The translations under genes and the position numbers were made by a program. Below the pieces are notes generated by a model, which was given only the letters and a program-made list of their open reading frames with translations, was not told where the DNA came from and made no database searches. DNA of 64,000 bases from Rhodothermales bacterium (GTDB lineage: Bacteria; Bacteroidota; Rhodothermia; Rhodothermales; VXPQ01): NCBI GenBank assembly GCA_022825385.1, contig JAJDWX010000012.1, positions 17,122-81,121 of the forward strand, written 5' to 3'. Within the stretch, counting starts at the first letter, position 1; the number at the start of each line of letters is the position of its first letter. Of this stretch, positions 19,997 through 28,973 are shown piece after piece.

Positions 19997-21271
19997 ATGA
20001 TCTACAGCGACAAACAGTATGGCATATCAACCGATCAACTGGGCAAATTCAAAGAGGCGCTGCTTGTCGCGACAGAGCAAGAAATAGAAGACGAGTGGGC
20101 GCGAAAAATTGAAATTGACGCCCTGAAAAACCAGATCGCTGAACTGGAGGCCGAGCTCGTCCACTACGATCTGCTGAAATCCGGAGAGATCACTTTGGCG
20201 AAGTCTCACTCCTTGGAGACCCTGCCATCTACCCTGATCCAGGCACGGATTGCACGGGGCTTGAGCCAGTCTGACTTGGCCGAAGCACTGGACATTGAAC
20301 CGCAACAAGTACAACGCTATGAAGCATCTGAATACATGGGAGCCAACCTGGCAGAGATTATTGAGGCTGCCAATATACTCAATGTTCACACGGCCGGATT
20401 ATTTGAGACCGAAGCAACTCATAGAGGCATGGTTATTTCATGGGAGAACGCCGACAACGTATGCTGGCAAAAGTTTCCAGCCAAAGAAATGGTCAGCCGC
20501 GGATGGTATGATATTCCACGAGATGCCGATCCTATAGAAGCCATCAAAAAATACTTTTTTCGGGCTGCCGGCTCACATTTTGCTTCGGCTCTTCACCGGA
20601 AAAAAATGCGAGGGGAGAACCCCCCCAACGAATATGCTCTCCTTGCCTGGCAGGTTCGCGTACTTGAGCGCGCGAGAGCGCAGATCAAAGAGTCCGATCT
20701 GCCGCCGTTCGAATTAGATGATCGCTGGTTGCCAGACCTTGTCGCGCTGACTCGGCGGAAAGACGGGCCAAAACGGGCCCGTAACCTGCTTGCCCGCAAG
20801 GGCATTGCTCTTGTGACGGAAGAGCATCTGCAAGGAACCTACCTTGACGGCGCAGCGATGCTCGCTCATGGCGGACGGCCTGTGATCGGTCTAACGTTGC
20901 GCTATGATCGCACGGATAACTTCTGGTTCGTTCTGTTTCATGAACTGGGCCATGTTTTTCTGCACCTTTTCGACGGTGTTCGCTATGATTTCTTCGATGA
21001 TGACACAAGTAAAGCCCACGATACAATCGAAGGACAGGCAGACGAATTTGCACTAAATACATTAATACCTGAAGAAAAGTGGGAGCAATGTCTTTCTCGG
21101 TTCGCTCTATCCGAAGAGGCGGTTCGGATCGACGCAAAGAGGCTAAACATTGACGAGAGCATAATTGCCGGACGGATTCGAAAAGAACAAGGCAACTATG
21201 TGATCCTGAATGATCTTATCCGATCAGGTGTACGAGAACAGCTTCGAGAGGTGTATCATGATTCTGAATAA
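19997..21271 (+). CDS. Fused XRE-HTH and ImmA/IrrE-type zinc metallopeptidase
   Basis: The HTH segment is LIQARIARGLSQSDLAEALDIEPQQVQRYEASEY. The HEXXH motif occurs in FVLFHELGHVFLH. The start, 4 nt after the NTase stop, is preferred over the ORF-track start at 19961. Confidence 0.8.
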   Translation: MIYSDKQYGISTDQLGKFKEALLVATEQEIEDEWARKIEIDALKNQIAELEAELVHYDLLKSGEITLAKSHSLETLPSTLIQARIARGLSQSDLAEALDIEPQQVQRYEASEYMGANLAEIIEAANILNVHTAGLFETEATHRGMVISWENADNVCWQKFPAKEMVSRGWYDIPRDADPIEAIKKYFFRAAGSHFASALHRKKMRGENPPNEYALLAWQVRVLERARAQIKESDLPPFELDDRWLPDLVALTRRKDGPKRARNLLARKGIALVTEEHLQGTYLDGAAMLAHGGRPVIGLTLRYDRTDNFWFVLFHELGHVFLHLFDGVRYDFFDDDTSKAHDTIEGQADEFALNTLIPEEKWEQCLSRFALSEEAVRIDAKRLNIDESIIAGRIRKEQGNYVILNDLIRSGVREQLREVYHDSE

Positions 21272-22349
21272 AGACATGTACGTACCAGTCTTGGGTTGGC
21301 GACAAGGGGAATATCAAGCACTATGGCGTCTTGACACTCAAGTCCAGGATAAGATAGTTCCTTTAATCTGTATACCAGACGTCGAATTTGATTTCGCTGA
21401 TAGGAAACCTCGAAGAACATTGGACGAACATGTAAAACCGTTTGTCCGTCGATTTAATATTAAATGGGGAAACCGGCCTGCTTGGATAGCTTTGCATGAC
21501 AATATTGCGATGGGTAGAATGCATAATGGAAATCATGTTTTTGATTACATTTTCGACGGCCTCCGTTCACATCATGCGTATGTTGCGCCTGCCCTATCGC
21601 TTACAAGTGATTCAGATATGATAACCGCAGCCGCCAGAGCTATTAGCCGAGATAAATATGGTGTTGCAATCCGCCTCCGCCTTGAAAACCTGATGACTTA
21701 TAAACCGATAAATAAAATAAAAAAAATAGTTAATGATCTTTCATTACCTTTCGAAGAAGTCGACCTGATTATTGATCTAAGGGCACCTAATTTTGAACCC
21801 TACCAGATATTTATTAAGACCCTATTAGCTACCCTGAATCGACTCGGTGATCTATCATCTTTTCGGAACTTTGTGATAGCCTCCACAGCCATTCCAGAAA
21901 GCTTTAGTAAAATCGCAAGGGGAATAGATAAAATTGCACGAGATGATTGGTTGTTCTACAAAGCCCTACTTGCCTCTTTGCCATCTGGGATGCAACATCC
22001 GATTTATAGTGACTACACAGTCATTCACCCTGAGTTTACACCTATGGATATGCGCATGGTTAAGCCTGCAGCAAAAATTGTCTATACGAATAACGATTTC
22101 TGGACTACATGTAAAGGTCGTTCTTTTCGTGACAATCCAAAACAAATGCACGACCACTGTAAAACAATCATGAACAATCATGAATTTCAATTTCGTGGAG
22201 CCAGTTTCTCCTTTGGCGACGACTACATTGCCAAGTGCGCCGATCAAAAAGAAGGTCCGAGTAATCTAAGCATGTGGAAGTGTATCACGATTAACCACCA
22301 CATCACGACCGTAGTGGACGATCTCGCCAAAATGTACGCTCGGCCATAG
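21258..22349 (+). CDS. Beta-protein family (sce7725-like) protein
   Basis: The N-terminus MYVPVLGWRQGEYQALWRL...IVPLICIP matches the Beta_protein family pattern as I recall it. The gene overlaps the ImmA gene by 14 nt and is low in GC. Confidence 0.65.
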   Translation: MILNKDMYVPVLGWRQGEYQALWRLDTQVQDKIVPLICIPDVEFDFADRKPRRTLDEHVKPFVRRFNIKWGNRPAWIALHDNIAMGRMHNGNHVFDYIFDGLRSHHAYVAPALSLTSDSDMITAAARAISRDKYGVAIRLRLENLMTYKPINKIKKIVNDLSLPFEEVDLIIDLRAPNFEPYQIFIKTLLATLNRLGDLSSFRNFVIASTAIPESFSKIARGIDKIARDDWLFYKALLASLPSGMQHPIYSDYTVIHPEFTPMDMRMVKPAAKIVYTNNDFWTTCKGRSFRDNPKQMHDHCKTIMNNHEFQFRGASFSFGDDYIAKCADQKEGPSNLSMWKCITINHHITTVVDDLAKMYARP

Positions 22350-22902
22350 CAGTCTTGATCATTTCGGTCAGCTGAGATTCAGGCGTTTTTTGCACAAGTA
22401 ATTTATAGAGTTCGGCGCGTGGCGCCCGAAGAACCGCAGGCTGGGTACCGCACTTCGATAAAATATCCTGGACTTCGTTGCGCCAGAGAAGATGCGCCAC
22501 AATGTATAAATCTACAGACGGATTCTTTCTGGCCCGTCGCACTGATTCAAAACCGATTCCGCCACGAGTGCCTGCAAGAACCTTGAGTACGCCGCACCAT
22601 GGCGGAATAATTTCAAGGACGCGCTTCACGTGCCTGGCTGCTACGACTAATGTCAACCTGTGAAGCGACCGGGTGTAAACCTCAAGCTGGCTCGGCAAAC
22701 GATCAAGGCGGTCCTGCGCGCTCTTGATTTCAAAACCATGGATATCGCCATTGATCACCGCTATGTCCACTCGCCTCCTGGCATGCGCCAACCCAAGTTC
22801 ATGAACGACCAACGCATCGCTCTGGCGGATACGCGGCTTCAAGCGCTTCGCCACCAAAGCCGCTCGAATATCCGGGTCAAGAATGCTTGAAGCCACGGGC
22901 AT
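22303..22902 (-). CDS. sce7726-like protein with a PD-(D/E)xK nuclease-type motif
   Basis: 199 aa. RRVDIAVINGDIHGFEIKSAQD gives a D...ExK pattern. It is convergent with the Beta-protein gene and overlaps its 3' end by 47 nt. Confidence 0.65.
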   Translation of the reverse strand: MPVASSILDPDIRAALVAKRLKPRIRQSDALVVHELGLAHARRRVDIAVINGDIHGFEIKSAQDRLDRLPSQLEVYTRSLHRLTLVVAARHVKRVLEIIPPWCGVLKVLAGTRGGIGFESVRRARKNPSVDLYIVAHLLWRNEVQDILSKCGTQPAVLRAPRAELYKLLVQKTPESQLTEMIKTAMAERTFWRDRPLRS

Positions 22903-22949
22903 ATCTGCTGCTGGCTGTTTGGTAAAAAATCAATTTCTCTTATTCCCGC

Positions 22950-23309
22950 TTACCTGCAATCTTTCCGCTCCATGACCACCACGATTTCGCCGCGGTTAGC
23001 CTCCACGTCATGAACGTAAAACGAGGCCTGACCGAATCTGTTTACGCTATTTTCAAGGCTATGGAGAGACGTTTCGTATTCTATATCCCCCGCTAATAAT
23101 ACGTATTCGTACGCGCATCCCTCGAACAATTTACTTAACACGTTTTCTATGTGCGCTTCGCGTGTCGATTCCAATCTCTTTGCTTCCCTGGAATCGTGAA
23201 TAAAGGCCATAACAATAAGCGCCGTGAATACTATGAAAAACATCGGCCCTATTAAGTACAAAAAGGGATTGGATTTGATCTTCGATATGATGTTTTTGGA
23301 GTTTTCCAT
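22950..23309 (-). CDS. Small single-pass membrane protein, hypothetical
   Basis: 119 aa with one hydrophobic helix (FLYLIGPMFFIVFTALIVMAFI). Confidence 0.5.
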   Translation of the reverse strand: MENSKNIISKIKSNPFLYLIGPMFFIVFTALIVMAFIHDSREAKRLESTREAHIENVLSKLFEGCAYEYVLLAGDIEYETSLHSLENSVNRFGQASFYVHDVEANRGEIVVVMERKDCR

Positions 23310-23555
23310 GACGCGGCTTGGGTTTGGGTTATCGAGGACTATGCTGGCGACAGGATTATAAGCTGGTCACAAAGCCTCGTACCCATTGTACTCCCCGTCT
23401 GCCGATCAACTACGATAGACAATATACGGCGGAAAATCCAGGAAATCAAGTGCCCTCCTAAAAATATTAGGGATCGGTTTTCGCCGCCTTAAAAATTAAG
23501 GTTGCCTCTGGGGAAACCAAGAATATCCCATACCCCGCTACCCCAAACCTCCCCC

Positions 23556-24701
23556 CTAAACCACCTGCCCGCCACAAGAACTCCCCGCCCCCGCCGTGCA
23601 GCCGTAGCAGTGCCGGGCGGTCCGCACCACATGCCGCCGCCACGCTTTCAGGTCGAAATCCCGCACGTGGGGGCGCAGCCCGCCGGGCAGGTCCAGCCGC
23701 ATATCCAGTTGCTGGTTGAAATCGCAATCGTATAAATAGCCGTCCCAGGACACCGACAGCGTATTTCGGCACATCAGCCCCGGTATGGCCGCCGGGTTGA
23801 ATGCCTGCGCGAGCCGCCGCATATATTCCTCCACAAGCCCCCGCTCCGCCAGCCATTCGAGATACCGGGACATCGGCATATTGTTCAGCGCAATCAGGCG
23901 GTCGAACGCAATGCCGTGGTTGCGGGCCAGCGCCTCCTTCCATTCCCTTTCCAGCGACGCCTGCCCCGGCGCAAGAAACGCCCCCACCGGATTCGTAACC
24001 AGCGTCAATATCCGCTCGGGATCGCCCTGCCCGTACCCCGCCGCATTCAGTTTCCGAATCGCTGCGACGCTGAGGTCGTACGTCCCCTCCCCCCGCTGCG
24101 CATCCGTCCCGGACCGCCGGTAATGCGGCAGCGAACACACCACTTCCACCCCCCGCTCGGCCATCCACTGCGGCAAATCGGCGAAGCGGCGCGTCATCAG
24201 AATAGTCAGGTTGCACCGGTCGATGACATGCTTGCCCCGCCGAACGCAAGCGTCCACGAGGTATTTAAAATGGGGATTCAGTTCCGGGGCGCCCCCCGTC
24301 AGATCGACCGTGTGCGCGCCGGACGCGTCGATGGCCCGCAGGCAAGCGTCCACCGTCTCCCGATCCATGTTCTCCTCCGTCCGGTCCGGCCCCGAATCGA
24401 CGTGGCAATGCCGACACGTCATGTTGCAGAGTTTGCCCACATTGATCTGAAACACGTCCAGTTGCGCGGGCGCCAGCCGTTCCCACCCCGAAACCGCGAG
24501 GTCCTGGTGGAAATCCCCCGTCCCGGAGGGGCCCTCCTTCAGGGGGACCGCATTCAGCGCGCGCAACTGCTCCTCCGGGCGGGAAAGCGGATCGCGCCGG
24601 TAGCGCAGACTGCTGGTACCCCGCGGCCCCTCCACGTCCAGCATACTGCCGTCCCCGCCGGCAAGCTGCTCCAGCGCAATGAATTCAGCAGAAACTTCCA
24701 T
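23556..24701 (-). CDS. arsS: Radical SAM protein of the ArsS (arsenosugar biosynthesis) type
   Basis: CNMTCRHC is a CxxxCxxC motif. The Cys-rich C-terminus is CYGCTAGAGSSCGGQVV. The gene is paired with the AhpD-like gene downstream. Confidence 0.75.
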   Translation of the reverse strand: MEVSAEFIALEQLAGGDGSMLDVEGPRGTSSLRYRRDPLSRPEEQLRALNAVPLKEGPSGTGDFHQDLAVSGWERLAPAQLDVFQINVGKLCNMTCRHCHVDSGPDRTEENMDRETVDACLRAIDASGAHTVDLTGGAPELNPHFKYLVDACVRRGKHVIDRCNLTILMTRRFADLPQWMAERGVEVVCSLPHYRRSGTDAQRGEGTYDLSVAAIRKLNAAGYGQGDPERILTLVTNPVGAFLAPGQASLEREWKEALARNHGIAFDRLIALNNMPMSRYLEWLAERGLVEEYMRRLAQAFNPAAIPGLMCRNTLSVSWDGYLYDCDFNQQLDMRLDLPGGLRPHVRDFDLKAWRRHVVRTARHCYGCTAGAGSSCGGQVV

Positions 24702-24782
24702 GGGCGAGCGCGGCGGACGAAACGAATAGAAACGCGATGGATTCCGGGAACGGATGCGCGAAATGCACAGGATGCACAGGGC

Positions 24783-25115
24783 TTACATGGTTTGCGCTTC
24801 GACCTGCTCTAGCATTTGCACCCCGTGGACCAGCGAAGCCCCGCCCCGAATGGCCGAAGCCACATGCACGGCCTCGGTCATTTGCTCGAGGTCCGCCCCC
24901 TTCCCAAGGCATTCCTGCGCGTAGGCGTCGATGCAATACGGACACTGTACGGCGTGCGCCACGGCCAGCGCAATGAGCGCCTTTTCGCGCGCCGTCAGCG
25001 CCCCCTCCTCGAACACTTTGCCGTACCAGGCGAAGAACAGGTCGGCCAGTTCCTTGTTTCCCTTCCCGATATCCCCGAAGCGGGCGAGGTGACGCGGTTC
25101 GTAGTAGGCAGCCAT
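24783..25115 (-). CDS. AhpD/carboxymuconolactone-decarboxylase-like peroxidase-like protein (ArsS-associated type)
   Basis: 110 aa with a CPYC motif (AVQCPYCIDAY). Confidence 0.7.
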   Translation of the reverse strand: MAAYYEPRHLARFGDIGKGNKELADLFFAWYGKVFEEGALTAREKALIALAVAHAVQCPYCIDAYAQECLGKGADLEQMTEAVHVASAIRGGASLVHGVQMLEQVEAQTM

Positions 25116-25180
25116 AGCGTATAATATATATCGAGTGAATGGGCGAAAATCGTCCAGCGAACAGCGCGGCGAATGCGCGC

Positions 25181-26974
25181 TCAGGCGGCCTGCTGTCCCT
25201 CCTGTTCCGCGTACTGCAATTCGTACAGCCGACGGTACAAGCCGTCCATCGCAAGCAATTCCTGATGGGCGCCCTGTTCCCGGATGCAGCCCTTGTGCAT
25301 GACCAGAATGCGATCCGAATGCCGGATCGTGGACAAGCGGTGCGCGACCACGAGCGACGTCCGGCCCGCCATCAACTTCTTCAGCGCCTGCTCGATGAGC
25401 CGTTCGGTTTCGGTGTCCACGCTGGAGGTCGCCTCGTCCAGCACAAGAAACGCGGGGTCGTACGCCAGGACCCGCACGAACGAAAGCAATTGCCGCTGTC
25501 CGTGCGAAAGCGAAGCCCCCCGCTCGCGCACGTCCTGTTCGTACCCCTCCGGCAGTTTGCGAATGAACGCGTCCGCCCCCACCAGTTCGGCGGCCCGGCG
25601 CATGTCCGCCTCGCTGATGTCAGGATCGTCCAGCGTCAGATTCCGGGCAATGGAGCCGGAAAAAAGAAATACGTCCTGCAGCACCAGCCCGATGCGGCGG
25701 CGCAATTCGGCAAGCCGCAGGTCCCGAATATCGACCCCGTCCACGAAAATGCCCCCGCGCTGGATATCGTAGAATCGCAAGAGCGCGTTGATAATTGTCG
25801 TCTTCCCGGCGCCCGTCGCCCCCACGATAGCCACCTGCTGTCCCGGCTCCACCGAGAACGACACGTCGCGCAGAATCCAGTCCGGCTCCGCCTCGCCGTC
25901 CCCCGCTCCCCCGTACGCGAACCATACATTCCGAAACTCGATGCGGCCTTCTGCGCGATCCAGCCGGGCGGGCGTCGCTTTCTCGACAAGCGACTGATCC
26001 TGGTCCAGCAGCCCGAAAATGCGTTCGGCCCCCGCCATGGCGCTCTGCAACGTGTTGTACTGGTCCGAAAGATTCCGAATGGGTTCGAAAAACTGCCGGG
26101 AGAACTGGATAAACGCAATGAGCACCCCAATGGTGAGCGTCCCGGCCATGGCCTGCAAGCCGCCGAACCAGATGACCAGGCCCAGCGCCGTGGACGCGAC
26201 GATGTCCACCATCGGCCAGAAGAGCGCGAAATAAAAAATGGTCTTGATCTGCGCGGCGCGGTGCTCGTGGTTGATGCCGCTGAACCGTTTCATCTCTTCC
26301 CGCTCCCGATTGAACGCCTGCACGATGTGCATCCCGGAAATATGCTCCTGCAGGAACGAATTGAGCCGCGCCACCTGCTTGCGGGTTTCCCGATACTGCA
26401 CCCGCACCTTGCTCCGAAAAAGGAACACCCCGTACGCCATAACGGGCATCACGCCCAGCACGACCAGCGCCAGCGTCCAGTTCAGGGAGAACATGAAGTA
26501 CAGAATGAAGGCAAGGCGAAACAGGTTGCCCAGAATAACGACCAGCCCCGCCGACAAGACGTCGCTAAGCGCCTCCACGTCGCTCGTGGTCCGCGTAATC
26601 AGCCGCCCGACGGGCGTACGGTCGAAAAAGCGAAGCGGCTGCCGCTGAATATGCCGAAAAACCGCCGTGCGCAGGTCGTAGATGGCGTGTTGCCCGATCC
26701 ACTGCGTCAGATACCCTTGCAGGAGCGAAAAGACCCCTTCGCCGACGAGGGCAGCCACCAGAAGCAGAATGATGCCCTGCAACCCCTCCAGGTCGCCCGG
26801 CACGATATACCCGTCGATGGCCTCCTGCACCAGCCTGGGGCGCAGCGGGCCAAGAAAAGAAGCGCCTGCCGTCAGCGCGAACGCGATCAGCACCCACCAC
26901 TTGTAGGGAGCCAGGTAGCGCACGATGCGGCGCAGCAGGCGGCCGTCGAAACCTTGAGTATCCTCGTTGGGCAT
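25181..26974 (-). CDS. ABC exporter, fused permease and ATPase (MsbA-like)
   Basis: Six-TM N-terminal half. Walker A is GATGAGKTT, the signature is LSHGQRQLL, and Walker B is LVLDEATSSVD. The start is chosen at MPNEDTQ. Confidence 0.85.
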   Translation of the reverse strand: MPNEDTQGFDGRLLRRIVRYLAPYKWWVLIAFALTAGASFLGPLRPRLVQEAIDGYIVPGDLEGLQGIILLLVAALVGEGVFSLLQGYLTQWIGQHAIYDLRTAVFRHIQRQPLRFFDRTPVGRLITRTTSDVEALSDVLSAGLVVILGNLFRLAFILYFMFSLNWTLALVVLGVMPVMAYGVFLFRSKVRVQYRETRKQVARLNSFLQEHISGMHIVQAFNREREEMKRFSGINHEHRAAQIKTIFYFALFWPMVDIVASTALGLVIWFGGLQAMAGTLTIGVLIAFIQFSRQFFEPIRNLSDQYNTLQSAMAGAERIFGLLDQDQSLVEKATPARLDRAEGRIEFRNVWFAYGGAGDGEAEPDWILRDVSFSVEPGQQVAIVGATGAGKTTIINALLRFYDIQRGGIFVDGVDIRDLRLAELRRRIGLVLQDVFLFSGSIARNLTLDDPDISEADMRRAAELVGADAFIRKLPEGYEQDVRERGASLSHGQRQLLSFVRVLAYDPAFLVLDEATSSVDTETERLIEQALKKLMAGRTSLVVAHRLSTIRHSDRILVMHKGCIREQGAHQELLAMDGLYRRLYELQYAEQEGQQAA

Positions 26975-27132
26975 GGCGATGAGCCGGACGGGGTCGCCGG
27001 AGCGAACCGGAACGCAAAACAGTCCTCTTTTAATCCCCGAATCCGTCCCGTGTTCTTGAAAGCGCAATAGAATATCGCGCCATGAATATGCAATTTAATG
27101 TGAATAACAATACAAAATAGCGCGGGCCCTTG

Positions 27133-27168
27133 AAATTTAGCCTTGTCTAAAATTATATTTAGCCTTGT
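27133..27168. promoter_or_regulatory. Operator-like repeats in the divergent promoter of the metal ABC importer
   Basis: ATTTAGCCTTGT occurs twice (27135-27146 and 27157-27168, 22 bp apart). The first copy lies within an imperfect palindrome, AAATTTAG-n6-CTAAAATT. Confidence 0.35.
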
Positions 27169-27256
27169 AACATGCCTTATTTCGGCCTTTGCGGAACCAG
27201 ACCGGGCCGATCCGGGCCATTCGCAAACGATCCTTCTTCTTTTTCCGGTGCGCGCC

Positions 27257-28204
27257 ATGCGAGGGTACGCTCTTTGTTTCTCCATCCTGTTCGCCGCAGG
27301 CGCCCTGGCCGGATGCGGGCAAACGCGCGGCGACGACGCAGCCCCGCCGGACCGGCTTGGCGTGGTGGCCACCACCAGCATCGTGGCGGACCTGGCCGCG
27401 CAGATAGGCGGCGAGCGCGTACGGGCGCAGAGCCTCATGGGGCCGGGGGTGGACCCGCACCTGTACAAGGCCAGCGCCGGAGACGTGACGCGCCTCTCCG
27501 GGGCGGACGTCATTTTGTACAACGGGCTGCATCTGGAAGGCAAAATGGGGGATGTTTTCGAACGGATGCGGCAACGCGGCGTCCTCGTATTCGCGGTGGC
27601 GGAAGCAAGCGTCTCCCCGGAGGACCTGATCGATTCGGAGCGGTTCCAGGGCAACTACGACCCGCATGTCTGGTTCGACGTGTCCCTGTGGAAAAAGGCG
27701 GCCCGGCGCGTACAGGAAACGCTGGCCGAAGCCGATCCGCGCCATGCGGAAGCCTACCGGCAGCGGCTGGAGGGCTACCTTGCAGAACTGGACCGCACCC
27801 ATGCGTACGTCCTGGAGCAGGCCGCCGCGATCCCGGCGGAGCGGCGGGTCCTCGTTACGTCGCACGACGCGTTTGGCTATTTCGGGCGGGCGTACGGATT
27901 CGAAGTGCATGGCTTGCAGGGCATCAGTACGGCGGCGGAGGCGGGCACGGCGGACGTGCAGCGCCTGGCCGACCTCGTGGCCGACCGCCGGATTCCGGCC
28001 CTGTTCGTCGAAACCTCCATTTCTCCCCGAGGCATACAAGCCGTGCAGGAGGCCGTGCGGGCCCGCGGATTCGAAGTAGGCATCGGGGGAACGCTCTACG
28101 GCGACGCGCTGGGCGACCCCGACGCGGGGGCGGGAACCTATCCGGGCATGATGCGGGAGAATATCGACGCCATCGTGGCGGCCCTCGCCCCGGACCCCGC
28201 TTGA
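27257..28204 (+). CDS. Metal (Mn/Zn/Fe) ABC transporter substrate-binding lipoprotein, TroA/MntA/ZnuA family
   Basis: The start at [21 protein letters not shown] provides a lipobox. The cluster-9 SBP pattern includes DPHVWFD. Confidence 0.85.
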   Translation: MRGYALCFSILFAAGALAGCGQTRGDDAAPPDRLGVVATTSIVADLAAQIGGERVRAQSLMGPGVDPHLYKASAGDVTRLSGADVILYNGLHLEGKMGDVFERMRQRGVLVFAVAEASVSPEDLIDSERFQGNYDPHVWFDVSLWKKAARRVQETLAEADPRHAEAYRQRLEGYLAELDRTHAYVLEQAAAIPAERRVLVTSHDAFGYFGRAYGFEVHGLQGISTAAEAGTADVQRLADLVADRRIPALFVETSISPRGIQAVQEAVRARGFEVGIGGTLYGDALGDPDAGAGTYPGMMRENIDAIVAALAPDPA

Positions 28205-28971
28205 AAGGCGCGGCGGCCATAGAAGTGCGCGACCTGACCGTCGCCTATCGAGACAAGCCCGTCCTGTGGGATATTGACCTGACCGTGCCCCCCGGGGTGC
28301 TCATGGCCGTCGTGGGACCGAATGGCGCCGGGAAAACCACCTTCGTCAAGGCCCTGCTGGGCTTGTTGCCGGTTTCTGCGGGCCGCATCCGGTTCTTCGA
28401 CGCGCCGTACGAGGCGTCCCGGCAACAGATTGCCTATGTCCCGCAACGGGGCAGCGTGGACTGGGATTTCCCGACGAGCGTGCTGGACGTGGTGATGATG
28501 GGGCGCTACGGGCGCCTTGGATGGATACGCCGGCCGGGCAAACGCGAACGCGAACAGGCGCGGGAAGCGCTGGCGCGCGTGGGCATGGAAGATTTCGCGG
28601 GTCGGCAGATTCGGCAACTGTCCGGGGGGCAGCAACAGCGCGTTTTTCTGGCGCGCGCCCTGGTGCAGGACGCCCGGGTCTACCTGATGGACGAACCGTT
28701 TCAGGGGGTAGACGCCGTCACGGAGCGGGCCATCATCGACCTGCTGCGGGCGTTGCGGTCCGAGGGGCGCACCTTGCTCGTGGTGCACCACGATCTGCAA
28801 ACGGTCGAGGAATATTTTGATCGCGTCATGCTGCTGAACGTCCGGCGCATCGCTTCCGGGCCGGTCGAACAAGCCTTTACGACGGAAAATCTGCGGCTGA
28901 CGTACGGCGGACGCATCGCTTTTCTGCGCAGCGCGAACGCCGCCGACGCAGCCGATCCCGCGGCCCCGTAG
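28201..28971 (+). CDS. Metal ABC transporter ATP-binding protein
   Basis: Walker A is GPNGAGKTT, the signature is LSGGQQQRV, and Walker B is [10 protein letters not shown]. The probable TTG start overlaps the upstream stop (TTGA). Confidence 0.85.
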   Translation: MKGAAAIEVRDLTVAYRDKPVLWDIDLTVPPGVLMAVVGPNGAGKTTFVKALLGLLPVSAGRIRFFDAPYEASRQQIAYVPQRGSVDWDFPTSVLDVVMMGRYGRLGWIRRPGKREREQAREALARVGMEDFAGRQIRQLSGGQQQRVFLARALVQDARVYLMDEPFQGVDAVTERAIIDLLRALRSEGRTLLVVHHDLQTVEEYFDRVMLLNVRRIASGPVEQAFTTENLRLTYGGRIAFLRSANAADAADPAAP

Positions 28972-28973
28972 CC

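Noticed and set aside
25139-27070. Very long ORFs in the GC-rich core that run antisense or out of frame to recognisable genes. Examples are 25139..27070(+), 27137..28039(-), 27172..28971(+, upstream part), 29009..30211(-), 29210..31207(+, upstream part) and 31792..33606(-). Further examples are 34072..36564(-), 34422..36683(+), 36445..38385(+), 38851..39846(-), 47063..48124(+) and 48302..49273(+). Others are 50422..52104(+), 52285..53637(-), 52371..53867(+), 53958..56024(-), 54689..55960(+), 56517..58574(-) and 60286..61266(+).
   Set aside because: Their translations are Arg/Pro/Gly/Ala-rich low-complexity strings without motifs. Each overlaps a gene with clear family signatures on another frame or strand. 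Stop-codon depletion in GC-rich DNA explains them.
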